Shown here: piece by piece, positions 1 to 10,517 of the stretch
Numbering within the stretch: position 1 is the first letter of the stretch
Layout of the letters: every line of letters begins with the position of its first letter
Source of the DNA: Candidatus Tayloriibacteriota bacterium
Lineage (GTDB): Bacteria > Patescibacteriota > Minisyncoccia > Phycocordibacterales > PALSA-1337
Assembly (NCBI GenBank): GCA_016215455.1
Contig: JACRJP010000002.1
Coordinates: 87,622-151,621, forward strand
Direction of reading: 5' to 3'
Length of the DNA: 64,000 bases
Translations under genes and position numbers: made by a program
Notes under the pieces: generated by a model
What the model saw: the letters and a program-made list of their open reading frames with translations, nothing else
Told to the model about the DNA's origin: nothing
Databases searched by the model: none

Positions 1-732
1 TGTTTTGAGTTGAGAGAGATTAGCGGTGATACCAGTAAAATCAACTGCTGGTACGGGGAATTGTCGTCCTGCCATAAATACATCAGGGCGATTTGGTACA
101 GCAGCAGGAGGTGCCGGATCAACAGGACTATCTTGAGTGTACACACCAAAACGATATGAACCTGGAGCATCAGGATCGATATATTTATCTTTTGCACTTG
201 TTACAAGATTGTGTGCAACACCATCAAATCTAATTCCTTCATTCGAGTGAATCGGTCCGAACACTTCTGTTCCTGCTCCAAAACGCATAACATCATTTGC
301 TGCCACAGCATATTTCGCAAGCGAAGGAATAGCAAGACTTACGGCAATCGTGCGAGAAACTGTTGGATATGCTACGACAGTTCCCTTTGATTGAATTTTA
401 ACTACCGTAGAACCTATCGGAGGAGGAGTGATTGTAAGAGTAAACTGACCAATAACATTTCCATCTTTATCAGTAAAATCATGTACATATGGACCTGGGT
501 TAGCTGTACCATCAGTGTAATCTGATTGAGCATGCGCAAGATGCCAGCGATAATAATCAATTCCCGCTTCAGCAATTTGAAACGCTTGTTCACGAGCTGC
601 TAGCTGGCGTTGGTTACGAAGAACCGATGCTCCCCAACTTACAAAAGCAGAAACAATAATAACTACAATAACTCCAAAGACGAGAGCGTTGATCAAAATA
701 AAACCTTCTTTTTTTGCGTGAATATATTTCAT
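1..732 (-). CDS. Type IV pilus minor pilin / PilX-like protein (N-terminal hydrophobic segment, partial; C-terminus runs off window start)
   Basis: Reverse-strand ATG at 732 overlaps the upstream stop (ATGA). Translation begins MKYIHAKKEGFILINALVFGVIVV with a hydrophobic N-terminal helix typical of pseudopilins. It sits in a co-directional pilin/pilC/pilB block. Absent from the ORF track only because no stop lies in the window. Confidence 0.45.
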   Translation of the reverse strand, partial: MKYIHAKKEGFILINALVFGVIVVIIVSAFVSWGASVLRNQRQLAAREQAFQIAEAGIDYYRWHLAHAQSDYTDGTANPGPYVHDFTDKDGNVIGQFTLTITPPPIGSTVVKIQSKGTVVAYPTVSRTIAVSLAIPSLAKYAVAANDVMRFGAGTEVFGPIHSNEGIRFDGVAHNLVTSAKDKYIDPDAPGSYRFGVYTQDSPVDPAPPAAVPNRPDVFMAGRQFPVPAVDFTGITANLSQLKT

Positions 733-1340
733 AGATTGTCTTTCAAATTACGCAATGTCACCTGGCTTGTATATGAACGTGAAACTGGTGATCGATTGAT
801 ATCAGCGTCTAATATGAGATTCACATTTACCAATCGAACCGAAGTAAGCGGAATAGGATAGCCATACGGTTCTGTCGTACCATCATAATTACTTCCGTAA
901 TACGTGAAAAGTGGTGTTGAGGTAGAGTTACGAATATTCGAAGTAAGAATTGTTACTACTTCATTACCAGGAACATATGTAAGTGGAGATCCTGTGGGTT
1001 TAATAACTCCTTTTTTAAGCGTAGTACTCGCAATATAATATCGTATTTGTTCTTTCAAGTTGTCAGAATCAGTATCGGCGAAAAAGGTTATCGAGCTCGT
1101 ACCTGCTTGCGCAAGAGGATACGCGCCGTTATTCCCTACAGATGATGTACGCAATTCTCGCGTAATCGTACGAAGAATAATACGAGCATCATACGAAGTG
1201 GTAAGAGAACCACTCGCAGTTGCACCGTACTGTATAACATCTCTCTGAAAAGTACTGACTGCAATAAATACAATACTAAAAATACCAAGAGCAACGAGAG
1301 TTTCAACGATAGTAATTCCTTTTGTAAAATTATACTTCAT
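729..1340 (-). CDS. Prepilin-type N-terminal cleavage/methylation domain protein (pilin/pseudopilin)
   Basis: N-terminus MKYNFTKG|ITIVETLVALGIFSIV is a class III signal: G followed by a hydrophobic helix with Glu at +5. Confidence 0.6.
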   Translation of the reverse strand: MKYNFTKGITIVETLVALGIFSIVFIAVSTFQRDVIQYGATASGSLTTSYDARIILRTITRELRTSSVGNNGAYPLAQAGTSSITFFADTDSDNLKEQIRYYIASTTLKKGVIKPTGSPLTYVPGNEVVTILTSNIRNSTSTPLFTYYGSNYDGTTEPYGYPIPLTSVRLVNVNLILDADINRSPVSRSYTSQVTLRNLKDNL

Positions 1341-1342
1341 AT

Positions 1343-3145
1343 TTATTGTGGAGTAAGAACTACCGACTGCTCAGTCCAATCGTTTTCTATTGAAACATTT
1401 GTTGATGAAGTAGCATACCCTACTCGACCCACATCAACAGTATACGTTCCTGTAGAAAGATTTGAGAAAAATACTTGTCCAGGAGGAGTACATGCCGACG
1501 TAAATGTTATTGACGTATCTGCAACGGTTGGAGTATATGAACTACTTGCAGTACTTAAAAACAACTTGTAGCGAACATATCGATCGTTATTATGAATAGA
1601 ATTAATAGCAGTATTTAGTGGTGTATAGAAAGAATCAGAAGTACCATCTGGACCTTTATATGACCATACTGCTACATCAGATGTTGTTGCTGTTGCAATC
1701 TGTGCACGAACACTATCACTTCCAGCACTCACAGGTTGATCCACAGGAGTTACAAAGATCTGTCGAAAATTACTCAAAGATCCTGTATCAAATATCGACG
1801 ACTCAAGAACTGCATTTGTTACATACTCTCCGAATGTTTGTAGAAGATGAACTTCGCCTGCAGGATCATTTGTTGTTGCATTTCCATTATCAGAATAGTA
1901 CTGATTCGCTGTAACAAAATCTTGTTGTCCTCCCCCACCCGACCAATCAGTCTGAGAGACAAAACCTTGTCCTGTATATTTTGAAAGAGATATTGGTCCT
2001 GAAAGTTCTACAAAAGCATCGGTCAAAGGTAGACCAGTTGAACTATCTTTCACTGTTACCAACAGTCCTTGTGAATTTTTTGGAGCAACAACAAGCAAAA
2101 CATCTTGAGTTGAATTAGGAGTAATGTTTATTTGATTCAAAGGACTGAGACCAATAAGATCATACGTGGAATCATTTGGTCGTATTGTATAACTATCCCA
2201 TTCAACATTATTCACCGGTTGAATACCTGCTCCATTTGTCTGAAGATCTTTGTGTGTTTTATAAATTACAGGTGAGTTTCCTATTTGCTTAGCACCTGTC
2301 ATTGTATAATCAAAATTTCCAACAGGAGTACACGTTGGTGTAACACTTGAGAAATTAACCTCACTTACCCTATCAATAATAAAACTCACTTGAGTAACCT
2401 GTTGCATAGCGACCGTAGCATTTCGCTTAGTTGGATTAGGATTACTGACACTTACAGGATATGTTCTATCAATAGAATATCCACTTTTAGTTACTGTAAT
2501 TTCATAAGCATCAGTTCCTGGTGGAATATCAACAAGCTGTAACATTCCATTGTTATCAGTCTCATCATTAATCGTAATAGTAGACGTGCCTGTTCCTTGT
2601 ACAACTGTTACCTGAGCCTGTGGCACTGCAACTCCATTTGCGTCAAAGACTCGAATGAAAAGAGCACCATTTGTTGAGGCATTCTCAAGATTTTTAGGAG
2701 CAACATTTGAAGTTACCGTAATCGGTGAAAAATTTGTACACGTAGGACACGCAACCTCCACCTCAACTAGTTTATTATCAGCAGGAGCAGTGTCATTAGG
2801 AGTTCCTCCCAAAGTACCATCAAAAGGTAAATCTATATTTCGAATCGTGGTGGTAACAACAAAATTAAATCCACTTCGAGTAAGATTCTGGACATGAGGA
2901 ATTTTTCCACTAGGAATACCCGATACTATACCAACATCACCGTATGGAAGATTACGAGCAATTTCAAATTGTTCATTAGCAAGATTGAGGGCTGCAATTT
3001 TTGTTTGACTGTATGAAGTTAACTTAAACAAACTTACAAATGCTTGGTACCCAGCAAGGGCGATAATAAGAAATACCGCTGTTCCTACAAGAACCTCAAT
3101 GAGAGTGAATCCTTTGTTGTAAAAAGTATTTCGACCCAAAAACAT
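1343..3145 (-). CDS. Large prepilin-type protein (600 aa) with extended Thr/Ser/Asn-rich beta-type extracellular domain
   Basis: N-terminus NKG|FTLIEVLVGTAVFLII is a canonical prepilin peptidase site. The long C-terminal region is low in charged residues. Confidence 0.6.
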   Translation of the reverse strand: MFLGRNTFYNKGFTLIEVLVGTAVFLIIALAGYQAFVSLFKLTSYSQTKIAALNLANEQFEIARNLPYGDVGIVSGIPSGKIPHVQNLTRSGFNFVVTTTIRNIDLPFDGTLGGTPNDTAPADNKLVEVEVACPTCTNFSPITVTSNVAPKNLENASTNGALFIRVFDANGVAVPQAQVTVVQGTGTSTITINDETDNNGMLQLVDIPPGTDAYEITVTKSGYSIDRTYPVSVSNPNPTKRNATVAMQQVTQVSFIIDRVSEVNFSSVTPTCTPVGNFDYTMTGAKQIGNSPVIYKTHKDLQTNGAGIQPVNNVEWDSYTIRPNDSTYDLIGLSPLNQINITPNSTQDVLLVVAPKNSQGLLVTVKDSSTGLPLTDAFVELSGPISLSKYTGQGFVSQTDWSGGGGQQDFVTANQYYSDNGNATTNDPAGEVHLLQTFGEYVTNAVLESSIFDTGSLSNFRQIFVTPVDQPVSAGSDSVRAQIATATTSDVAVWSYKGPDGTSDSFYTPLNTAINSIHNNDRYVRYKLFLSTASSSYTPTVADTSITFTSACTPPGQVFFSNLSTGTYTVDVGRVGYATSSTNVSIENDWTEQSVVLTPQ

Positions 3146-3147
3146 AA

Positions 3148-4362
3148 TTAAATAATGTTAACTAACGAGTACATTGGAGAAATCATTGAGATAGCAAAGA
3201 ATCCTACCGCGGCTCCGATAAATACCATGAGAAATGGTTCGATGATCGTCGACATATCCTTAGTTCTTTGCTCAATATCTTCTTCGTAATACACAGCTAC
3301 GCCGAGGAGCATCTCTCCAACCTTACCCGTCTCCTCTCCCACTGACATCATCTCACCAAGAAACACAGGGTAAAGTTTTGAATTTTCAATGAAGATCTTC
3401 GACATTGGTGTACCCTTTTTTATCTCTTCCTCAGCTTGAATTAAAATCTTTTTATAATGAACATTCTGAAGCACATCAGTAGCAATGTGTACCGATTCAA
3501 CAACAGCTACACCTGAAGTCAACAATGATGAAAGAGTTCGTGCGGTACGAGCAGCATTTACTTCTCGAACTAATTCTCCAAACACAGGGAGTCGAAGTAT
3601 TGCATAATGAACAATCTTTTTTCCTTGAGGACTACGTGCCCATACATACACAAAGTATCCAATAACTGCCAAGATAATGAGAACCCAAAAACCTTGAGTG
3701 CGAAGAGCATCGCTTACTGCGACTACTATTCTCGTTGAAAGTGGGAGAGTGATTTTGAGATCACGGAATGTAGCCGTAAGTGTTGGAACAATATAGGTAA
3801 GCATGAGAATACCAATAATAATCATGACTCCCAAAATAACCCCAGGATACATCAAAGATCCACGAACTTTTCGTTCGAGAGTGTACGAACGATCCATCTG
3901 TGTAGCAATTATCTTAAGAGACCCAGCAAGCATTCCACTTTCCTCACCTGCTCGTACCATTGATCGGAAAAGGGGTGAAAAAACATTCTTATATCCATCA
4001 AGAGAATCACTAAATGTTTTTCCATTACTAATATCATTCATAATAGCTGTCAAAATTTTCTTGAGAGCTTTATTACTACTCTGTTTCTCGAGTACTTCAA
4101 GAGCTCGTGTTACCGCAAGGCCTGCTTCAAGCATGGCACCAAGATTTCGAGCAAAAATAATTTTTTCTTGAGTCTTAACTCCAGAACCAAAAGAGATGTG
4201 AAAAATATTTGAAAAGCCTTTACCAGTTGATACTGGAGATGCTTTAAGAACACTTTCTCCAACTTCTCTCAACTCTTTATACAATACAAACTTATCAGCA
4301 GCTTCACGCTCTCCTTCGTATATTTCTCCTGTTGATTTTTTTGCAGTGTATATAAAACGCAT
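3148..4362 (-). CDS. pilC: Type IV pilus / T2SS inner-membrane platform protein PilC/GspF
   Basis: 404 aa, two GspF-type repeats, three TM segments, sited between the pilin genes and the PilB ATPase. Confidence 0.8.
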   Translation of the reverse strand: MRFIYTAKKSTGEIYEGEREAADKFVLYKELREVGESVLKASPVSTGKGFSNIFHISFGSGVKTQEKIIFARNLGAMLEAGLAVTRALEVLEKQSSNKALKKILTAIMNDISNGKTFSDSLDGYKNVFSPLFRSMVRAGEESGMLAGSLKIIATQMDRSYTLERKVRGSLMYPGVILGVMIIIGILMLTYIVPTLTATFRDLKITLPLSTRIVVAVSDALRTQGFWVLIILAVIGYFVYVWARSPQGKKIVHYAILRLPVFGELVREVNAARTARTLSSLLTSGVAVVESVHIATDVLQNVHYKKILIQAEEEIKKGTPMSKIFIENSKLYPVFLGEMMSVGEETGKVGEMLLGVAVYYEEDIEQRTKDMSTIIEPFLMVFIGAAVGFFAISMISPMYSLVNII

Positions 4363-4370
4363 ATAGATAA

Positions 4371-6119
4371 TTATTCTGAAATTACTCGAAGCACTTCTTC
4401 AATTGTTGTAAGACCGAGCACACACTTAAATACTCCATCTTCAATCATTGTGAGCATTCCCTCTTTCTTTGCTTGTGCCTCAACTTCATCTGCAGTCGCC
4501 CCTTTCATAATTAATTCTTTAATTGCAGAACTTACCTTGAGTACTTCGTGAATTCCGACTCGTCCACTGTAGCCATCAGAACCTTCTTTTTGTGCAGGTT
4601 TCCAAAAAGGAATTTTCTCCCACGTTGCTTTTTGATCAACTATCTTTTCAGCCTTAAGTGTTGCAAGAATTTTGTCGAGGTCGACAGATTTTCCGAGTGC
4701 AGCAAGTTCTGCTTTTGTTAAAACATGTTTTTCTTTACCCTCAGCAAGTCGACGAACAAGACGCTGTGCAATAACTACATTGAGTGTTGAGACGAGAAGA
4801 AACGGCTCGATCTTCATATCAAGAAGACGTGGCAAAGCACCCGCAGCAGAGTTGGTGTGGAGTGTTGAAAGTACCAGGTGGCCAGTGAGCGATGCGTTGA
4901 CCGCAAGCGAAGCTGTCTCGTTATCTCGAATTTCACCGACCATGATAATATCAGGATCTTGTCGAACAAGAGTTCGAAGACCGGAAACGAAGGTGAAGCC
5001 GATTTCTGGCTTAACCTGAGTCTGATTTACTCGTTTCATCTGATATTCAATCGGATCTTCAATCGTTGAAATATTCACATCAGGCTGATTCAAAATATCA
5101 AGAATTGTATACAACGTTGTCGTCTTTCCTGAACCAGTAGGACCTGTTGTAAGAATCATACCAGTTGTTTGAGTTGTTGCGTGGTGAATTCTTTCAAGAC
5201 CTTCCCCATGGAATCCAAGTCCTTCAAGACTAAAGCCCGAGACGTTGTCACGCAACAAACGCATCACAGTTTTTTCTCCGTAGTATGTTGGCAAAATCGA
5301 AACACGGAAAGAAACTTTTTCATTCGTCATATCGACTTTGAAACGACCGTCTTGTGGAAGACGTTTTTCATCAAGCTTAAGATTTGAAAGAACTTTAATA
5401 CGTGCAGTAATTGATGGTTCTGCATTTTTTGGCAACACCATAGCGTCACGCAACATACCATCAATTCGATATCGTACGACGACCTCTGCTTCCATTGGTT
5501 CAATATGAATATCTGATGCATTCTGAAGAATCGCATGCTTAAGCAATGTATCAACGATACGAACCACAGGAAGATCTTCAGCAATTTTTTTGAGATCAGC
5601 TTCTGAAACCTCTTCACCAGCCGCTTCTGAGATAGTTTTAAGTGTTGCAGATTCTTTTTGAATAATATCCCCGAATTCTGCCTTGAGACTTTTTTGATAT
5701 TGAATAATTACACTTCGTATTGATTCAGTATCGGTAAGTCGAGGAAGAATTTTAAGATGAACTTTTTTCTTAATGAAATCGATCGCCGCAAGATCATCAG
5801 TATCAAGCATCGCCACCTCAAGAGTGTCTTCAGTTTTTTTGAAAGCAACAATGTTATGATTTCGAGCGACAGGCTCAGGAATCATTGAGAGAGTTTCTGC
5901 TGGAATTTTCTTTGTCTTAAGATCAACAAAAGGAATACCCAAGACATACGCCTGCATACGACGAAGATTATCTTCAGTGATTTTTCCACTTGCCACAAGT
6001 ACATCTCCCACTCGAGTTTTCTTCTCTTCAGCCTCTTTTTTAGCATCATCAAAATCAGCTTTCGATATGAGATTAGAATCGAGAATAAATTTATTAAGCT
6101 GTGAGTCTTCAATGATCAT
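4371..6119 (-). CDS. pilB: Type IV pilus assembly ATPase PilB/GspE family
   Basis: GspE N-terminal domain, Walker A GPTGSGKTTT, Asp/His boxes. The ORF track extends to 6161 using a TTG; the ATG at 6119 (MIIEDSQLNKF) is the more likely start. Confidence 0.85.
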   Translation of the reverse strand: MIIEDSQLNKFILDSNLISKADFDDAKKEAEEKKTRVGDVLVASGKITEDNLRRMQAYVLGIPFVDLKTKKIPAETLSMIPEPVARNHNIVAFKKTEDTLEVAMLDTDDLAAIDFIKKKVHLKILPRLTDTESIRSVIIQYQKSLKAEFGDIIQKESATLKTISEAAGEEVSEADLKKIAEDLPVVRIVDTLLKHAILQNASDIHIEPMEAEVVVRYRIDGMLRDAMVLPKNAEPSITARIKVLSNLKLDEKRLPQDGRFKVDMTNEKVSFRVSILPTYYGEKTVMRLLRDNVSGFSLEGLGFHGEGLERIHHATTQTTGMILTTGPTGSGKTTTLYTILDILNQPDVNISTIEDPIEYQMKRVNQTQVKPEIGFTFVSGLRTLVRQDPDIIMVGEIRDNETASLAVNASLTGHLVLSTLHTNSAAGALPRLLDMKIEPFLLVSTLNVVIAQRLVRRLAEGKEKHVLTKAELAALGKSVDLDKILATLKAEKIVDQKATWEKIPFWKPAQKEGSDGYSGRVGIHEVLKVSSAIKELIMKGATADEVEAQAKKEGMLTMIEDGVFKCVLGLTTIEEVLRVISE

Positions 6120-6194
6120 GGGTAGAACTTTACGCTGTAAGTATATCAAAAATACGCCCAAAACACTTGGGGAAACCGTGGATTAAACTACTTT

Positions 6195-6279
6195 TTGACA
6201 AACTTGCTTAAATACCATATACTACTTTTGTGTTAAGTTGCGTTCGCTTAAGGATTCCTTGAGCGGACCCGTTTTTTTA
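6195..6279 (+). promoter_or_regulatory. Sigma70-like promoter (TTGACA-N17-TATACT) followed by an imperfect hairpin plus T7 run, upstream of nusA
   Basis: TTGACA at 6195-6200 and TATACT at 6218-6223. Hairpin gcgttcgcttaagg/ccttgagcggac at 6243-6270 is followed by TTTTTTT at 6272-6278. nusA ATG is at 6300. Confidence 0.4.
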
Positions 6280-6299
6280 TACGTAATCAAAAATCACAT

Positions 6300-7448
6300 A
6301 TGTTCGATCTCAAAGTTATCCATTCCGTTCTTGATCAGATGGAACAAGAACGAGGAATTCCAAAAGAAAAAATGCTCGAAGCAATCGAGTTGGCCCTTGC
6401 TACTGCCTACAAAAAGGAATACGGCAAGAAAGGTCAGATTGTTCGTGCTACATTTGACGTAAATAGTGGTAAAACAGAGTTTTACCAAGTCAAAATCGTT
6501 GTCGATGAATCAAAAGTCATCATGACTGACGATGAAGAGGAGCAGGATATTGAGAATACAGATGAAGAAAACATTAAAGTTCGCTTCAATCCAGAACATC
6601 ACATTCTCCTTGCTGATGCTAAGAAAATCAAGAAAGACGCCAAAATCGATGATGAAATCGTCTTCCCTCTTGAAGCAAAGGCAGATTACGGGCGCATTGC
6701 TGCTCAAACAGCAAAACAAGTCATTATCCAAAAGATTCGTGAGGCTGAAAAAACTTCAGTTATGGCAGAATACGGCCAGAAAGAAGGCGAAATTGTCACA
6801 GGAAGTGTCCAGCGTATCGAACGAGGTATCCTCTATATCGATATGGGCCGAGCTGTGGGTATTCTTCCTTACGAAGAACAGATTCCATCTGAACGTTACA
6901 AGCAGGGTGAGCGAATTCGAGCATATCTCTATGCTGTAGAAGAAAGTCCTAAGGGAATCGTTCTTCGACTCTCTCGTTCACATCCAAAGTTCCTTGCTCG
7001 ACTTTTTGAAATCGAAGCTCCTGAAATTGCAGCTGGTATCGTTGAAATCAAGGCAATTGCTCGCGAAGCAGGTGCTCGCTCAAAGATCGCTGTTTCTTCA
7101 AAAGATACTCATATTGACCCAATTGGATCACTTGTTGGTCAGCGAGGAGTACGTGTTTCAACAGTTATGAGTGAACTTGGTGGTGAAAAGATTGATATTA
7201 TCGATTGGAACGAAGATCCAGCTATCTTTATCGAAAAAGCTCTCTCTCCAGCAAAAATTGTCAGTATTGAGCTTAATAAGGAGGAAACAAAGGCTACTGT
7301 TCATGTAGCAGAAGACCAGCAATCTCTTGCAATTGGTAAAGGAGGGCAGAATGTTCGCCTAGCAGCAAAACTCACTGGTTGGAAAATCGATATTCAATCA
7401 ACGGGCAAGCCAGCAGTTACAACAGAAGAAGGTACAGATTCTAAATAA
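6300..7448 (+). CDS. nusA: Transcription termination/antitermination factor NusA
   Basis: N-terminal domain, S1 domain ([14 protein letters not shown]) and two KH domains ([30 protein letters not shown]). Confidence 0.9.
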   Translation: MFDLKVIHSVLDQMEQERGIPKEKMLEAIELALATAYKKEYGKKGQIVRATFDVNSGKTEFYQVKIVVDESKVIMTDDEEEQDIENTDEENIKVRFNPEHHILLADAKKIKKDAKIDDEIVFPLEAKADYGRIAAQTAKQVIIQKIREAEKTSVMAEYGQKEGEIVTGSVQRIERGILYIDMGRAVGILPYEEQIPSERYKQGERIRAYLYAVEESPKGIVLRLSRSHPKFLARLFEIEAPEIAAGIVEIKAIAREAGARSKIAVSSKDTHIDPIGSLVGQRGVRVSTVMSELGGEKIDIIDWNEDPAIFIEKALSPAKIVSIELNKEETKATVHVAEDQQSLAIGKGGQNVRLAAKLTGWKIDIQSTGKPAVTTEEGTDSK

Positions 7449-7479
7449 CAGCTTAACATAGGCTTAATTTAACAAAATC

Positions 7480-8019
7480 ATGGCAAATTTACTTCACGAT
7501 ATTGATCCAGGTACAGCTCAAGAAATTACCACTATTATAGAAATCAATAGAGGTTCAAAAAACAAGTACGAAATCGACAAAAAAACAGGTCTTATCGCTC
7601 TTGACCGAGTTGGCCACACTTCTCAGGACTTTCCCTTTGATTATGGCTTCATTCCCCAGACTCTTTGGGATGATGGTGACGCTGTAGATGTGATTGTACT
7701 CACAACATATCCTCTTTTCCCTGGTATCCTCGTCCGTGTACGACCTGTTGCTATCATGAGTATGATCGACAGTGGCGATGCTGACGACAAAATCATCGGA
7801 GTTCCTGTAGATGACCCACGTTGGGCTAATGTACAAGATCTTAAGGATGTAAACCCTCACACCCTCAAAGAAATCGAACACTTCTACTCAACATACAAGA
7901 AACTTCAGAATAAGGAGGTAAAAGTAAATGGTTTTAAGGGTAAAAAAGAGGCCGAAGCAGCATTTGCGCGAGGCAAAAAGCTCTACAAAGAGGCTCACTC
8001 AGAAAAAAAGAGTAAATAA
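7480..8019 (+). CDS. ppa: Inorganic pyrophosphatase (family I)
   Basis: 179 aa; segments IEINRGSKNKYEID and DGDAVDVIV are characteristic. Confidence 0.85.
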   Translation: MANLLHDIDPGTAQEITTIIEINRGSKNKYEIDKKTGLIALDRVGHTSQDFPFDYGFIPQTLWDDGDAVDVIVLTTYPLFPGILVRVRPVAIMSMIDSGDADDKIIGVPVDDPRWANVQDLKDVNPHTLKEIEHFYSTYKKLQNKEVKVNGFKGKKEAEAAFARGKKLYKEAHSEKKSK

Positions 8020-8123
8020 AACCTAACAATCAACTAGTTATACACAAAAAGAGCTCTATTATAGAGCTCTTTTTGTGTAGTATAATTAGGAGCGTATTAT
8101 TAAATTAATAGATTATAATAACA

Positions 8124-8930
8124 ATGAGTTCTACGTATAAAAAATTCTCAATCCTCGCCGCTCTTGTTCTTGCTCTCTCAGTGGGCGGACAAGTTTCTGC
8201 ACAAACGACCGAAGTAAGCGGAGAAGATTCTGCTGTTGGATCAGCAGGAACATCAGTAACCGTTCAAAAAGATCCAGCAGGACGTCCTCTTCCCCCAAAA
8301 GACCCTCGAGTAAAACCAGCAATTAATGGTATGCGAAAAGAAAATCTTGAACAAAACAAAGATCTTCGAAACAAGATGCTTGGGGAACGAAAAGAAATAG
8401 CAAATGAACGTCGAGAAGATGTAAAGACCCTTCGAAATGAAAAGCGAGAGGATTTCAAAAACGCATCATCGACATCAGAGAAAAAACTTATCATTGAACG
8501 TTTTCGAGATGCAAAAGGAGAGCTTCTTAAGAAGGCTCGAAAAGATGAAGTGATCTCTCGCCAGAAAATGATTGTTAATGAACTTACTCTCAAGTTGAAG
8601 TATCTAAAGGATGCTGCAAATCGAATTGAGAATATCCTCGCAAAGATGGAGTCTCAAGGTAAGTCAGTTACTGATGCACGACTTGCACTTGATACAGCTG
8701 GAAAAAAGATTGTTGCAGCTGAAGTAGCTATAGATGCTTTCAAAAACTGGAAGCCGACAGAAACTGGTACAGCATCAACAACAGAAGTATCACTAACAAA
8801 ACCACGTGAAGCTGCTCAGGGTGCAATTACTGCAATCAAAGATGCAGCAGAAGCATTACGAAAAATACTTCCTTCAGTTGAGCCTAAGCGCGAAGCTACA
8901 GCAAGTACAACAGTTCAAACTACTAACTAA
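8124..8930 (+). CDS. Secreted coiled-coil protein, Lys/Arg/Glu-rich (hypothetical)
   Basis: Signal peptide MSSTYKKFSILAALVLALSVGGQVSAQ, followed by a long charged helical region. Confidence 0.5.
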   Translation: MSSTYKKFSILAALVLALSVGGQVSAQTTEVSGEDSAVGSAGTSVTVQKDPAGRPLPPKDPRVKPAINGMRKENLEQNKDLRNKMLGERKEIANERREDVKTLRNEKREDFKNASSTSEKKLIIERFRDAKGELLKKARKDEVISRQKMIVNELTLKLKYLKDAANRIENILAKMESQGKSVTDARLALDTAGKKIVAAEVAIDAFKNWKPTETGTASTTEVSLTKPREAAQGAITAIKDAAEALRKILPSVEPKREATASTTVQTTN

Positions 8931-8941
8931 CGTAAAATAAT

Positions 8942-9238
8942 ATGGATACTACAACACAACCAAATCCAGGACAGGTTCCACCTCCAGTAATGAACCCTAA
9001 CCCTATGACTCCTCCTGCTCATGAACACAAACCAATAGGACCAATTATCGGTGCCCTCATTATCGTTCTTGTTCTCATTATCGGTGCTTTATATATCTGG
9101 GGACAGAAGCTTAACCTCGATGAACAGAAAAAGGCTCCTGAGACAACTGAACAGACAGCTACAACATCAGACGAGTCTGCTTCTGTGATTCAATCAATCG
9201 AAGCAAGTCTCGGAGATATTGATGATCTCAACTTCTAA
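8942..9238 (+). CDS. Small single-pass membrane protein, Pro-rich N-terminus (hypothetical)
   Basis: 98 aa; TM helix IGPIIGALIIVLVLIIGALYIW. Followed by a terminator. Confidence 0.45.
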   Translation: MDTTTQPNPGQVPPPVMNPNPMTPPAHEHKPIGPIIGALIIVLVLIIGALYIWGQKLNLDEQKKAPETTEQTATTSDESASVIQSIEASLGDIDDLNF

Positions 9239-9266
9239 TACACTATAGAAGTATATGTTCCCTAAA

Positions 9267-9299
9267 CCTGCCGACTCTCACGAGTCGGCAGGTTTTTTA
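9267..9299 (+). terminator. Rho-independent terminator
   Basis: cctgccgactc-tca-cgagtcggcagg followed by TTTTTT. Confidence 0.7.
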
Positions 9300-9357
9300 T
9301 ATAAGATATATATCAAACTTGCATATCATTCTAAATATAGGTAGACTTTGAAAACTT

Positions 9358-10500
9358 ATGGCAACAACAAAAAAGACAGCAGCAGAAAATAAAGAAAAAA
9401 AGTTATACAAAGACAGTAAAATCAACAAACTTCCTGGTTCAATGGTAGAAATTACCGCAGCAATCCCTGTAGATGTTCTTTCGGGTTACCGCGCTCAAGC
9501 CCTCAAAAACATCAATGAAACTGTCACTATTGATGGTTTTCGTAAAGGAAACGTACCTGAAAAAACATTGATAGCTAAGGTAGGTGAGATGAATATCCTC
9601 TATGAAATGGCAGAACTCGCTCTCGAGAAAGTCTACCCCGCTATCATAACTGATGAAGCTCTTGATGTAATCGGTCGTCCTGAAATAAGTATCACGAAAA
9701 TTGCCGCTGACAATGATCTTGAATTTAAAATAACAACAGCCGTAACGCCAGAAGTAACTCTTGGTGATTATAAAAAAGCTCTCAAGAAAATAGCGAAGGG
9801 TGAAGAAAAAGCAGAAGTAACTGACGAAGATATCTCAAAGATTCTCGAGGAACTCCGCACCTCACATGCAAAGAGACTTGCTCATGACGCTCTTCATGCA
9901 CTCGAAGGATCAAACCCTGACGAGGAGAGTGAAGATGCACACCAGCACGCCCCTATTTCTGAAGAAGACATAAAGAAAAATCTCCCTGAATTGAATGATG
10001 ACTTTGCAAAGATTCTTGGAAATTTTGCAACACTCGATGAACTTAAGACTCGCATCAAAGAGAATGTTCTTGGAGAAAAAGAAAAGAAAATAAAGGATAA
10101 AGCACGTCTTGCACTCTCTGATGTACTTCTTGAGACAGCAACAATTGATATTCCAAAAATTCTCGTTGATGCAGAACTCACTCGATCAGAAGGACAATTC
10201 CGTGACGATATTTCACGCATGGGAATCAAGGTTGATGACTATCTCAAACACACCAAGAAAACTATCGACGATCTCAAAGAAGAATGGCGAGACTCAGCAA
10301 CAAAGAAAGCAAAGCTTCAACTTATTCTAAACACTATTGCTAAAGAAGAAAAAATTCGACCTGACGTAAAAGATATTGAGAAAGAAGTTGAGTATATTAC
10401 TGAGTACTACAAAGATGCAGACAAAGAACGTGCATATGTCTACGCAGAAAGTGTTCTCACTAATGAGCTTGTATTCAAATTCCTCGAGGAACAGAAATAA
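9358..10500 (+). CDS. tig: Trigger factor (ribosome-associated chaperone)
   Basis: N-terminal ribosome-binding motif GFRKGNVP. 380 aa with K/E-rich central and C-terminal arms. Confidence 0.8.
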   Translation: MATTKKTAAENKEKKLYKDSKINKLPGSMVEITAAIPVDVLSGYRAQALKNINETVTIDGFRKGNVPEKTLIAKVGEMNILYEMAELALEKVYPAIITDEALDVIGRPEISITKIAADNDLEFKITTAVTPEVTLGDYKKALKKIAKGEEKAEVTDEDISKILEELRTSHAKRLAHDALHALEGSNPDEESEDAHQHAPISEEDIKKNLPELNDDFAKILGNFATLDELKTRIKENVLGEKEKKIKDKARLALSDVLLETATIDIPKILVDAELTRSEGQFRDDISRMGIKVDDYLKHTKKTIDDLKEEWRDSATKKAKLQLILNTIAKEEKIRPDVKDIEKEVEYITEYYKDADKERAYVYAESVLTNELVFKFLEEQK

Positions 10501-10517
10501 TTCTTAGGTATACAAAA

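Noticed and set aside
4672-5387. Several 60-115 aa plus-strand ORFs inside pilB, and similar ones inside pilC, pnp, PBP and polA
   Set aside because: They are antisense or alternative-frame ORFs within well-supported genes. None has independent coding evidence.
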